NCBI RefSeq assembly: GCF_964355755.1
Contig: NC_092679.1
Location: forward strand, 6,292,201 to 6,356,200
Origin: Antedon mediterranea
Taxonomy: Eukaryota; Animalia; Echinodermata
Length of the DNA: 64,000 nt
Direction: 5' to 3'
The position numbers and the translations under genes are program-made. Each line of letters starts with the position of its first letter. Within the stretch, counting starts at the first letter, position 1. This document shows positions 10,491 to 23,400 of this stretch, one piece after another. Under the pieces are notes generated by a model. That model searched no databases. It was not told the DNA's origin and saw only the letters and a program-made list of their open reading frames with translations.

Positions 10491-13400
10491 TCATCCAACA
10501 TGCTATCCAACCAATCTTCCAAATTACCTTCATCTTCATTTTTCTTTGAATTCACAAATTCTATAAAATGAAGTTAAGGTTTTATAAATATGACAAAACA
10601 AAAAAATGTTTGATAGTTCCATCAATCACCATAACGCATAAAATGTACTATCAATTTGGCTTTAATCATTATCATCATTCAAAGATGATTAATAAATATT
10701 ATACAGCAAGTAAAAACAAATACACATTTTAATAATGTCATTTATAATGATTATACTACTTAATTTTTTTTAAATGTATATAAATAAAAAATATTTTATC
10801 AACTTTTATGATTTTGTATATGATGAAATAAAACATTTTATATAACACCTAAATAAATTCCTGTCATTTGATTGGACGAATGTGGGTCACATGGCGTGCA
10901 ATAGTACGCACTATTCAACGATCGTTAAATACTACTTTTTTTTTTTTATTTAGATGTTATATAAAACAAATAATGAATGTTTTGTATTCGTGTAATGGTA
11001 CAAATAATGGCACTTGGTGAATGATGAAAGGTTATATCAACTCGGCTTTGCCTCGTTGATATAACCTTTCATCATTCACCTCGTGCCATTATTTGTACCA
11101 TTGCACTCATAAACATTCATTATTTGTATATTATTTGAAAATAATGTATATCCTTACCAGTTTTCTTTGGTTTTGATAATATACTTTCTTCCTCTTTTTC
11201 TATATTTACTGTAAAAACAAAAGTATTATTAAAGCATCAGCTGTAGGTTGTCAAAAAAAAAAGAACTACAAAACAAATAAGATCTATTTAGTGTTCTACA
11301 CCAAGTTTTAGTCTACGTTTTAGACGGTGATTTGGCACACATGGCGTTTCATACCTATACTTACCGTACTGGATCTGGTTAAAAACTAAAATTGAAATGT
11401 GTGGCATTCATAACATAACTAAAGGGTTGAGGCAAGTCTAAAATCAAGGATGTTAATTTATTATTACACTAACAGATGACATAAAAACCTACTTAATCTT
11501 CCAATCTTAAGAAGCGATACTTACATTCAGTTTCAGGTTCCTGGTTATTTTTATTCTGATGACGTGTTGTATTTATTGGGTTGTCTAAGCCTAATAGAAA
11601 ATCAAGTTCATCGTCATTATCTTCTTCCTCTTTCTTTTGTTGTACTTTAGGCTTTGAGATTGCCTTATTTGTACCGTGAACTGGATTTTTCCAATTTATT
11701 CCAGTTCTATCCGGTTCAGCAATCATACTGCCTACATTTTTCTCACTTATTCCAGTTCTATCCGGTTCAGCAATCATACTGCCTACATTTTTCTCACTTA
11801 TTCCAGTTCTATACGGTTCAGCAATCATACTGCCTACATTTTCCTCACTTATTCCAGTTCTATCTGGTTCTGACTGGTTTATTGTAGATTTGATCACTGA
11901 TTGTTTTTTACTATATATTTCAGATTTATGTAAAGAAAAATCAAATGTCTCTTTTGATGCATCAACATTAAATATAACATCTGGTTTTCTTTTTTTCTCA
12001 ACTTGATCGGGAAAATTTGTTTCAAGACATGGATCTGTTTTCATTTCTTCTTCTCTTGAATTCTGAATACCCGAATCCTTTTCATAAATCTACAATTAAA
12101 GAAAGATATAGATAATGTAAAAGTGTAAATAATGTAAAACATAATAGGGAGAATAAATGATGCAGTACATGCAGTAGATCAACATTCAAATCGAAATACA
12201 TTTCCCACTACAACGTTGCATACATTTGTTGTCTATAATAATAATATCCTGGATTTATATAGCGCCTAATGTTGTGAAACCTCTAAGCGCTGAACATTAT
12301 TACCACAGTCATTTTTTTAGATCAAACACTTATGGAAACATACTCCCATAATGCAGCTGGTAATCAGCGCAAAGTTGTGTTTTGATCTTACCAGGTTTCC
12401 ATTTATATGTTGTGGTAAAGTAAATTTAAACACTTACAGTGAATACTTCTTCATCAATATTCAGTCTTTGTGAGATTGGAAGACACTGAAGCTGAGTGAC
12501 CAATGACTGGACATTTAGACAAAGAAAGTCTGAATTATCCTGTAAAAAAGGAGATTATGAATACTTGCCCTCCAATGAAATTCACTATTGGGAGTATAAA
12601 ACTAATAACACAATGTTCAATTCTGAGCATGTATAGTGTATTATGGATATACAGTATGACAATCCTGACGCAAAACATTCAAGATATACTTTAGTACCAT
12701 ATTTATTCATATGATTATAATAAGAAACTGTTATAAAGTGCTATTTACTGATGTCTTAGATCATTAAAAGACAAACAAAAAGGTGAAATTTTAGAAGGGA
12801 CTTGAATTGCTTAAGATATTTATGGAGTGAAAGCTGGTTCCAAACCGATGGTACTTGTGCAAAAAAACCTAAGATTTAAGGTGTCTTTTTGGAGTAGATT
12901 AAAGAAGAGGGTCCATATCAGAACAATTTCACAAAAACAACTCTTTTACGGCCTTAGTTTTGAGATTATAGGTCAAAGGTCAAAGATGTTGGGTCATTTT
13001 CGTGAAAAAGTTCTTATTAGACTGAATAGAAACATATACCTTCAGATTAATTTGAGCCCTATTTAAAGTTTGTCCAACTGTTAGTTACGGAGTTATATGA
13101 TATGTAGGTCAAAGGTAAAAAATGCCAAAAATCATACTTCCGGCCATTTTTGGACAAACTTTTCCATTACACGAATATTAATATGCATCTCCCAAATAAT
13201 TTGACACTAAAATTATTTCATTTAATCTAAGCGTTGCAAAGATATGACGATTTTGTTTTCAATGGGTCAAAACATTCAAATTGAGGTCAGAGGTCAAAGA
13301 TGAATTTTAGAAATTTGACAACATGGGTTTTTATAACCAGCATGATTCAATTATTCATAAAACACAATGTTTACACTTTCCCCATGATCTGCACACGAAG

Positions 13401-15236
13401 GCACTTTTTTTGACATAGGGATCAGGGGCCGGATTTATCAAACTTGCTTAGCAAAAAAATCGTCTTAACTTTGCCTTAAATCCTTGATTTTGCCTAAGTC
13501 AGATTTATCAATATATCTAAGCAAAAAAATTTGCTTAATTTTGTCTTAAATCTAAGACGAAAAACACCCTGCCTTAAGATGAAAAATTTCGTCTTATCTC
13601 ATTTCTGCAACAGAAACATTCTTTTTTGACAACGCGAGCGCGCTAAGCCGGAACATTGAACATTCGGAAAGGCTACGCTAGTGCGTTTTACGCTGTACTA
13701 CGGACGCTAAAATAATGATATCGATCTTCACAAAGATGGCCTAGAAATTGGACGAGCAAAACTAATATTTTCGGGATAGGTACGACCCAATTGACTAGCT
13801 TTTAGAAAACTGTATCGGCTGCCAAGCAAGGGTCGCTGTCATTGATAAAAATAAATAAATGTTGATTTGATTTAAGTTTAGAGCGAATGATTTTCGTATG
13901 TATTTCCGACTGTTGTGCTCTTTCTCTATTTCAAGTAATAAAAACAATAGTAGCCAGAATGCGCCCTCTCTTGTTGGGAGTGAAAATACGGAGATAAAAT
14001 GTTATAGCGCCGCCATCGCTAAGAGAAAAAAGCTAATACGCATGCGTAAGCAAGAATTTTTCGTCTTAAGACATAATTTGCTGCCCTCTAGAGTTTAATT
14101 TTGCGCATGTGCAAAGTAAAATTTACCTAAGACAATTTTTCTGCTAAGACATTGCTAAGACGGTTTGATAAATAAGATTAAGTTATTTGCTTAAGCACTT
14201 CTTAAATATTTCAGCTTAAGCAAAAATATAAGCAAATATTGATAAATGCCAACCCTGGACTACTTTATCATAATAAATGCCCTTACTTCCTGATAAACGT
14301 CATCTTGCCAGTCTTGTTCATCTTTGAAACGAAACTGTGACGACGAATCTTCTGCAGAAAATGTAACAGTTTCAAGGTTTAAAATCATATCAAGCCATAT
14401 TAGCCTAAACTCTGTCACACTATCAAACATTATGTGACAAAACAAATGTAATGTGCCCATATATGGACATGATGATGCTCTTACTAGCACCTGATAAACA
14501 CCATATTGTTATTCACTCACCTTCTTTAGAAAGTAGGACATTAAAATCAGCACCTCTTATTTCTACTTTGTCATCATCTTCTTCTATGTCACCATATCGG
14601 TTCCAGTTACTCTCAATTTTGCGCCTTGAAAAAGACTTTCTTTCCTGTAAAATAGTTATGAAATATTATACATATACGCATGGCAAGAAGAAGAAGTACT
14701 TACTTTTAAGTAGTTAAAAAAGATTGGATAATATTAATATTGTAATTAATATCCCTTTCCTACTACTGTCTGTCTGTATTACTACTATAGTACTAGTAAC
14801 TAGTTATATAGTAGTAGGCTATGCCTATATATATTATAAAATATAAATCAATTATTATTGTAAAGTTTATTAATAGTAATTACTGTATTATAAATTAAAT
14901 AATATACAGATAAAAAAAAATAGTACAGCAATTGATATTAGTGCATATTCTCTTAGCGTACGCTAGGCCTGGTAGACATACCCCTGACTCAGATTTCAAT
15001 CCTTCGCTACTGCTGCTGGAAGCGGACTGTTGAGGCGAGTGACTATCAACACCGTGCCGGCCGTGAGGCCTACGAATAGTATTACTGTTATCAGGTTTCT
15101 GGTGGCTACTTTTGCTACCACTTTTTCCATCATCGTTTACAGACTTTTTCTTTGAACCACTAGACTGTCCCTGTCCACTTTTCCCATGCTTATTTTTCTG
15201 GTGCTTCCTAATTTTTTGGTGTTTTTCAGGTCTCAT
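10487..15236 (-). CDS. AVEN: Cell death regulator Aven; 7 coding exons (15236-14982, 14644-14521, 14351-14287, 12539-12438, 12089-11525, 11208-11158, 10560-10487), 411 aa
   Basis: All introns are GT-AG with compatible phases (total 1236 nt). Conserved Aven blocks are FSRRKIESNWNRY, RGADFNVLLS, SSSQFRFKDEQDW, LQCLPISQRLNI, DELDFLLGLD.P and C-terminal LEDWLDSM. Confidence 0.9.
10835..11130. mobile_element. Palindromic non-autonomous element in the last AVEN intron
   Basis: Long hairpin ataaaacaaataatgaatgtt..ggtgaatgatgaaaggttatatcaac / gttgatataacctttcatcattcacc..aacattcattatttgtata. A related partial copy lies at about 27100-27270. Confidence 0.7.
11695..11867 (-). repeat. 57-bp coding tandem repeat x3 in AVEN exon 5
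   Basis: Encodes EPDRTGISE(E/K)NVGSMIA three times plus a partial copy; the units are nearly identical. Confidence 0.9.
13422..14257. mobile_element. Non-autonomous DNA transposon in an AVEN intron
   Basis: Imperfect inverted termini caggggccggatttatcaa / ttgataaatgccaaccctg, with subterminal repeated cttaa/ttaag motifs (ttgctta, taagcaa, taagac) at both ends. Confidence 0.6.
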
Positions 15237-15547
15237 GTTTTCGTAGGGTTTTCGTATCGATCGAGTGTAAATATGAATTCCGCCCTCTAATGATTAAAAA
15301 ATTATCCAACTAATTTAAATATGTATGAACCGATTGTAAAAATATGATTATGAAATATAATAACTAGGCCTATACATAATTAAATTATCTAGGCCTATCT
15401 ACTACCATTATTTATTAATACAATTATATAAATTTGATTATACATATATTAATACGACTTCTGCGAATGACATTATTAGTGAATATGACACACATTCACA
15501 ACGAAAAATAGTTAGTATATTACCATACAAATTGACACTAAAAATTT

Positions 15548-15760
15548 AAGATCATACTTTTAGGGATCATTTCTATAGTTTGTTTCACGGAGAAACGAAT
15601 AAAGTTGATCAAATCGCTAACCCACGAGGACGAGTGTAAGTATTCTCTTCTGAGCGCGAAGCGGGGCTTGAGAATTCCATCTGGAATGACCTTGCTCATT
15701 GATGACCGTTCCTCCAAGACTTCGGTCTTGGATAGAGGGAGAGAATACAATCTGAGTGGT
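15548..15760 (+). ncRNA. U3: U3 snoRNA (copy 1)
   Basis: 5' aagatcatacttttagggatcatttctatag (box A'/A), box C' gaggacga, box B gagcgcgaag, box C ttgatga, and box D ctga followed by gtggt, which pairs with cccac in the terminal stem. Length is 213 nt, collinear with vertebrate U3. A 3'-box-like tttaaatacaaaaaattaga lies downstream. Confidence 0.93.
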
Positions 15761-15851
15761 TGCGACACCCCCCTTTTTAAATACAAAAAATTAGAACAGT
15801 TAGCAGATACATCAGTATATATTCTTTAGAATTATTCGTAATATATAATAC

Positions 15852-16597
15852 CAAAGAATATATATCACAAGAATGATGATTTAAAAGATATTATACATGT
15901 CACATTAAATAGAATTATGATAATAGTTTTTGCAATTGTAAACTATTTTATAATACATATTTATTAACAAACTAGTGTACATTCACTTTTACAGACAATT
16001 ATTTACTAACATGCTAAGTTAGTTCACAAAAAAGGCCTAACACAGCAACACCAAAAATCAACGAATCGTTACTCAGCATGGCCTATTCTTTACCATTGCC
16101 GTGTACTACTCTACGCCCGGTAAATTAAGTATTGTTTTTATGATATAAATTAGTATAAAATACATGTTATTAATAGGATAAAAGGTTAAATGTCATTAAC
16201 ATTTATTTGTTTTACCAGAAACAAGTTAAATATAGGAATATTATTAAACTATCCTTTGTGAAAACGCGTAAACACCAACACGCCCGGTCACGCTATTGTG
16301 TAGCGCCCGGTTGATAAAGCAAACTGTTTATACGGCAGTTTTTACTAAATAAATTGCATAAAACAAACAATTAAATATCCAAATAGTATTTAACATGATG
16401 TTGGCATGCAGTTGCTAACATTTTTTATCATGAAAATACTACCGGTGGTCTAGCCTTTGATTATTGAAACCGTCACAAAAAGTTGTATACATCATCCCAG
16501 ATACATCCACACTTATGGCGGCACCCTACCACATGGACAATATTACTGTTACACGGAAAATCGCGGATTACTCATTCTTGTGATATATATTCTTTGA
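15852..16597. mobile_element. About 750-bp MITE-like element between the U3 copies
   Basis: Perfect 25-bp inverted repeat caaagaatatatatcacaagaatga (15852-15876) / tcattcttgtgatatatattctttg (16573-16597), plus internal repeated cgcccgg motifs. Confidence 0.7.
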
Positions 16598-17090
16598 TAA
16601 TACGAAGTTAAAAACAATTCACACATTCAGCAAATGTCAGTACAACATAGCTATTTTCTTCTCTAACCACCACCAGTTTGTTTTACCCGAGTTGTTTTTC
16701 TTATTTTCAATTGATATAAAACGTGAACCAATAAAACAACGTGATGAATAAAGATCAGAAAACGAGGACGAAATCTGATTTATTCAATTCCAAACTTACG
16801 CCCTCTATTTTGTATACAGCTGTTACTTGCATCGTATACAGTACGTCCTAAACTGGCGACTGATTTAAGTATTCATGAATTTATGACATCTTTAAGTTTG
16901 TTTAAAAACACTAAAGTTAAAAGACTAAACTGTGATTCAGTCACATCATTTATTCTTTTAACTTTACAACTTTCCATAAAATAATAAATAAAACAAACGC
17001 ATATTTTTATGTCCTGTTCTCGTATTTATGACACCATTAAGATTATTTGATAATGTAAGCTAAGCACACTGGATAGTTCATGTTTAATTT

Positions 17091-17303
17091 AAGATCATAC
17101 TTTTAGGGATCATTTCTATAGTTTGTTTCACGGAGAAACGAATAAAGTTGATCAAATCGCTAACCCACAAGGATGAGAGTAAGTATTCTCTTCTGAGCGC
17201 GAAGCGGGGCTTGAGAATTCCATCTGGAATGACCTTGCTCATTGATGACCGTTCCTCCAAGACTTTGGTCTTGGGCGGAGGGAGAGAATACAATCTGAGT
17301 GGC
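17091..17303 (+). ncRNA. U3: U3 snoRNA (copy 2, variant)
   Basis: Nearly identical to copy 1 over about 212 nt, with boxes A, B, C and D intact. Differences are in the box C' region (aaggatgaga), the 3' hairpin and the 3' end. The flanks are unrelated to those of copy 1. Confidence 0.88.
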
Positions 17304-17727
17304 CGGTTGTTGAACAACACAAAATGAAAAAGAAAGTTACTTCACAACAAAGCGCGTAAATACGCAACGTAGAGCATTTTCGTGCGTGACGCGTTACAAA
17401 ACATAGCAACTGTATTACTCTCGAAACCAAACAAACTAAAGTCATTATTTTGCTTCTCTCTCTCTCACAGACATGAAAACAGAACTGTTTGTATGATCAG
17501 TTAAATGTAAGTCACTAACATGTTATGAGACCGTAAATTTTAAATAGGAACGGTAATTAAACGGTTGTGCGATCCAGTAGTCGCATTACTTGGTTGCACC
17601 CACCGTACTCCTCTCTCATTTTGAGACCTGTGTGAGCTGGCATTTACAAAGTTCAAACAATACCGCCCAGCCAGTGGTTTATCAAGATGTTCATCTCTCC
17701 TTAATTAATTAAGTTACATTCACACGG

Positions 17728-17852
17728 AAGACGGCACCATGTGCTTTTATTAAACAATGAAAATTATATAAGACGGCACCGTTTGCTTTGTTAAACAATG
17801 AAAATCATATAAGACAGCACCGTTTGCTTTGTTAAACAATGAATATTATATA
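17728..17852. repeat. About 42-bp tandem repeat x3
   Basis: aagacggcaccgtttgctttgttaaacaatgaaaatcatat-like unit repeated. Confidence 0.8.
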
Positions 17853-18929
17853 GCTTTACGATGGGACTTATATTACGGTCATTTAGATTTAACAAGGTTT
17901 AGGTAAATAATATTTTAGGTTTAGGCTAAAATCTGACATACGAACATTCATAACAACGCAAGTTTTATCGTTTTTGGTTATTTCAAATAAATACGGTATA
18001 AATCAAACAAACCGACACAAACAATTCACTTCGGAATTTCTAACAATCAGTAAATATTATTATGAGTTTAAAGATCAAATTAAAGGTTAAAGATCAAACA
18101 AAAATCATCGTCTATCTGTTTTGATACGAACGAAGCACAACACAGTATATCCGTATGTCTCGCCACGTTCTCATGAGACAACAGTAACATCAAAGAAATC
18201 ATTTATTTTAATTTCAAATAATTTCTTTCCCCTCCCTTAAGATTATCCTCTCTGTCAATCTGGCAGTTAACAATACATACAAGTATACGGAATGTAAAAA
18301 TAACGTTCATCTATCATTACACTTAAAACAAGTCTTGACGTAAAGTAGGTCTCTTGGTCAAATAACTGAAATAAATGTATGCAACATGCAACACTTACTC
18401 AAAGTCTTGAAGTAAAGTGGTCAATTTTTATAAACTTTTTAAAAATACTTATAACCTTAAGAGAATGGAAATTTCAGTAACAGTAACTGTTAATGTGACA
18501 CAGGTCACGACAAAAATAATTGAATACATTTCGTAGTTCGCTTGTGCCCGCATCTATCGAACTGTTGTATAGGTCAACACATTGTTTACTGTATAACCAC
18601 ACCCCCACCCTCTCCCCCACAAACTGAATCTTGTTTTATTGATATGATACATACAGAATTTTGAACAATTAAAGAAACACATTTTTACCGTTTCTCAATT
18701 TTATTGCACTCAATCTGCTGAGGTGAACTTTTCTAAAAAATCATCTATAAAACTATCTCAACTCTCTGAAATTATATTAGAGATTTGCGACACGACATGA
18801 CGTGACGTCATACGCATAATAGAACGCATGGCTAACACGATTTCTAAAATGAATTGAGTATGAAAACATAATAAACTGCTTGGGGCGCTAATTTCCATTG
18901 CTTTATACCATGGAGGAATAATCCCGTGC

Positions 18930-19170
18930 TTAGTGCCTTCTTAACTTTTATGTTGTTAAACTAATTCCTGGCAAACTGGATCGAGGAATCGAGTGAGGAA
19001 AACGTCCCCCATGTCCCCGCATGCGCACAATGAATTAACATGACGTAACTAGGAATTAGTGCCTTCTCAACTATATGTTGTAAAAAGCTAATGCCTGGCA
19101 AACTGTGTAGAGGAATCGAGTGAGCAAAACGTCCCCGCATGCGCACAGTGAATAACATGACGTAACTAGG
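18930..19170. repeat. About 125-bp tandem duplication
   Basis: ttagtgccttct..cctggcaaactg..gaggaatcgagtgag..gtccccgcatgcgcaca..catgacgtaactagga occurs twice. Confidence 0.8.
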
Positions 19171-20452
19171 AGGGCGTAGTGGACGTCGGTAATATAAAGA
19201 TGGCTATCGATAATAATATAGAAAATTACTTTATGAAATTTAAGACATTAATTAAACCATGGAATAATTTTAATTCTTCTGTATTAGACGGTACTGATTC
19301 TATAGAATGTTTTTTTTTTGTATAAGGGTAAAAATAATGTGCTATCTTGTGGTATTTCTGAATAGTAAACAATTAACTCCCTGGTAATATGTACAGTAAT
19401 ATACCATTCTATATTTTTTTAAATGCAATTTCCCATGTTTTGGCCAGTAGTGTACCTATCCATTTTCGCTGAAAGCAGAGATATTAATTTAATTTGGCCC
19501 GTTTTTCTACTATATTTTGTATGGTCTCATATTGTGTTTTGTCCATCTTCAGCTATTTACAACATCACACGCATAAATTATATTGGAGTAATTTAATATA
19601 AAAGTACTTTTAAGTAAAAACCAGTGTGTATGCTCATTCTACTTAAAATATTTAAGCATGCATTCTTCATTCTAATTTCTGGTCCCAAACAATAATCTAG
19701 TAGAAATTAATCTAAAAATTATCATAGTCTCTTACTTACTTTTTTATTAAAAAATATTGTCAATATTTTTATACTAAACCTATAAAAATATGCACTTTGA
19801 GCACTTTGTGGATATACACGCTTTATAAATCTTATTGTTTTATGTTATATTATTTATCACACACTGAGCACTGTAATAACCAATATAACGGATTCTAGGA
19901 AGCATGTGCTGTATTTAAAGCACTACAACAAACTCTACTCAAGAGCATCTTTATAAGGGTACACTTTGTTGGGTCCTAAAGCCTTAAGCTTGGTTCCCAC
20001 TAGGACGCAACATAAGGAGTTGACCAATGAAAAGTGTCAGTAATCAAATACCATACATCCTTGCGTTGCGTCCTAGTGGAAACCAAACTTTGGTAGGGCT
20101 CCATTTATATTGTCTGACAATAGTAGCTGTATAAAGTGAAAGTGTTGTAGTTGACAGCATAGCAACAATCAGTCTTAATTTTTTCTAGCATAAGTAAGGC
20201 ACTTTTATTATATAAGTTGTTAATGATAAAGGGTGCTGGTCGACGTTGTAAGGGTTTGGGTTTGCCATCGAAAAGGAGGACCCTAAAAGATCAATGGGAG
20301 GTGGGGGCAATGTCCTGTCATAGGAAGCTGCTTCTACCTTATACAGATGTATAGGGGCTTAGATTTGGCATCAACAAGTTTTGGGGCCCTGAAAGAAATG
20401 TACCATCTCCCCCAGGATCTGCACACTGTAGTTCATGATCCAAAGCCGATTA

Positions 20453-23400
20453 TCAAGATGGCTCTGTTGTCATCATTTTGTTTGGTCCGGACTTTGATGA
20501 ATGCGCCGTATTTGCATCATTGTCATCATCATCATGTCTTCGTTTTACACCTGTATACAAATATAACCAGAATAGCTATATCTTAATTTGCATATTAAAA
20601 AAGAGGACTTTTAACACCTGTAAATATATACAAATAAAACCATAATAGTTGTATCTTATTTTGTATAATCAAAAGAAGAAGACTTTGACATCTGTAAATA
20701 TATGCAAATAAAACAAGAATAGCTGTATCTTATTTGCATAATCAAAAGAAGACTTGGACACCTGTAAATATATGCAAATAAAACCAGAATAGTGTATCTA
20801 AATTTGCATAAAGAAGACTTTGAGAACATGAAACGTATTAACTATACTGTACTTCCATCTATTATCTACCTATTGATTTTCAATTCAACTTCTGCTATAT
20901 GGAGTACTCATCAAAAGCTTTTACTTAAGCTCTGTCCACACTATCAAACTTTGTGTGACAAAAAAATGTTATGTGCCCATATTTTTTTTAGATGACAATA
21001 CAACATTTATTCAATATTCAATATTTTACAAAGTTTATGGGTTAAGATACACAGAAGCCAAAGTGGCTTGTCTTTGTAGTCCTAAGCATAAACACAAAAC
21101 ATATTATACGGACGCATTACATTAACAAAAAATGACATTTTGAGACAGAAAAAGAAAAAAAAAAACAAAAAAAAAACACAAACACAACAAAGTGATATTA
21201 AGCTAAATGTTTACAACCCCAATATGGACATGATGATGTCATATCACACTACCATATTTGGGCACATCACACTTTTTTTTTGTCAAACTAGTTTGATAGT
21301 TTAGACAGACTATTGGTGGTAATATATTATGATACTATTTTACTAAACCACTACTTCTGGTCATACTTGATCATTACAGTTGCAAATAAAGACAAATTAA
21401 AACGCAAAATTGAAAACTTCAACCTGTGATTTTACAGCCTTTAACCGGTACTTTCCTGAAGAGATAATATTTGCCATTTTGAACCTTTGCCTCAAATCAG
21501 TAAAACTTTAATATGATAATTTTAATTCACCTAAGGCTCATACAATTGTTGGAATTATTGAAATAAAGTGAAAGGTGAAAGCAACAAAATAATTGATCAG
21601 GAATTGATGAAACAAGAAATTGACAGTTCCAGTTCACATAGATAGCAATAAAGTTGTCACAAAATATTCCTAATGACAAATTGATTGTCACGACATCAAG
21701 TCAACACCTACATTGACACTTTTAAAATGGATTATTATTACCTTTAGAACCCATTCATTCATTCATCTATACATTCATTCAATAGTCTAGGGGTCTGTTT
21801 CTGCTGCATAGCGCTAAATAAACCGATTATTCAATCAATTCAATGTAATTTTTATATTGACTGCATTTCAAACAGGTAATGCGTAATGGTCCCTTACTAG
21901 GAATGACCTCTGAATAGAGGTAGACCATAGTTTTAAAACAGATTTTCCCCCTTGTTCATTTCATGGAAAGGGGTGTCCCCTGGAAAGGGGTGTTCCCTGG
22001 AAAGGGGTGTTCCCTGGTTAGGAGTTCCTCCCTAAAGGAGTGGTTTTACTGTATGTGTCTGATATGACAGACTTTTTTTTTTGACTTTACAACTGAACAA
22101 ATGTGCTGACTTTTAAACTTTTTCACTGGTTTTACAAAACATTGGGAAAAAATAAAAACTACCGAACTTTCTGTCGATGAATAAATCAGTGATTCAATCA
22201 TATTAATACAAGGTAAACTTTATTTGTGAAATGTCAGAGACTATCAATCAATCACAAGTCAAATCAATCGCTGAGTCAACACTGTTTATCATCAGCTACA
22301 GTACAAAGAATAAGGGCCACTTGTGTCTGCGACTGTAATTTGGTTGTTTTCGAATTTTGAAATTTGACCCACACTGGAAAGGTAGATTAAAATGACAAAC
22401 TTTTGCTTTGAGCTATCACTCAGTCTACTTGTCACTCTGATAGTGACAGTCTGCAAGTCACATTCATGATTTCGACGAGTGGACACATAGAAATGCAAGT
22501 CACATGGGTAATTCATAAATTGTTTCGGCACTTTTATCTCAAATGGATCATACACCTACCCCAGGGAGTGTTGACTTATGGCCAACACTTGAGCTTATTT
22601 TAGGGGGAGAGAAAAACAGACAAAGATCACATTAAGAGATCAGAACATCCGCTCTCTTTGGGACTAAATTGCTTTAAATTTGTTGAATTGATTCGTTTTT
22701 AAAAAGAACAGCACATATCCCACGAGTAATACATTTGTCCTCAGGGAGTTTGGATTAAACTTTAAAGAAATGAGCTCATTCTTACACGACAAAGATCCAC
22801 CAGTTCCTACTTAATCATACCAGACAGGAAAAATAAACCGGTTTCTGGTACATTTTTATAAAAGTACTAAGTAATTGTTTTTCGGGTTCATTGCGCTATA
22901 AACTACAGGTTTTCAATTAATTACTGTATCATATCAAAGAAACAATTTTAATATTTTTGACAAGCCATCACCAGTTACAATGTTTGTGAGGTTCTTCAAC
23001 CCATCATGGAAGTTTTTAAATTACAAAGTTTAAAATTTAAATTTGCCTCTATGACTAAAAAGTATTTTTTACTGTTGGAGAGACGGTACAAAGATAGTGC
23101 AACAGGATATAAATTAGACTTAAGTAAAAAAGAGCATAGACACAATTTATATCTCTAACAAACTGTGATGCAATGAAAATATTTGTTACATCTTTTGGTG
23201 GGTTGAATGATCAAGGTGGAGTTTGCTTATATCAGAATGTTTTGCTTGCATGCAAAACCTTAAATCAGTTTAACATAATGTAAGACACTGGAAAAGTTTG
23301 TATTGTTGTTGACTGTACACTACCTGCTGGACAGCAGGCTTTATAAATCTTGTATGTGACAGAGTTTAACCCCACCCTAGAATTTCAGCTACATCCAAAC

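Noticed and set aside
11493-12044. Stand-alone 183-aa gene
   Set aside because: It is AVEN exon 5 read through its donor site at 11524.
15538-17445. Duplicated ORFs 15538-15786, 15605-15829, 17084-17320 and 17239-17445 as a duplicated protein gene
   Set aside because: They overlap the two U3 snoRNA copies; the similarity is explained by the RNA gene.
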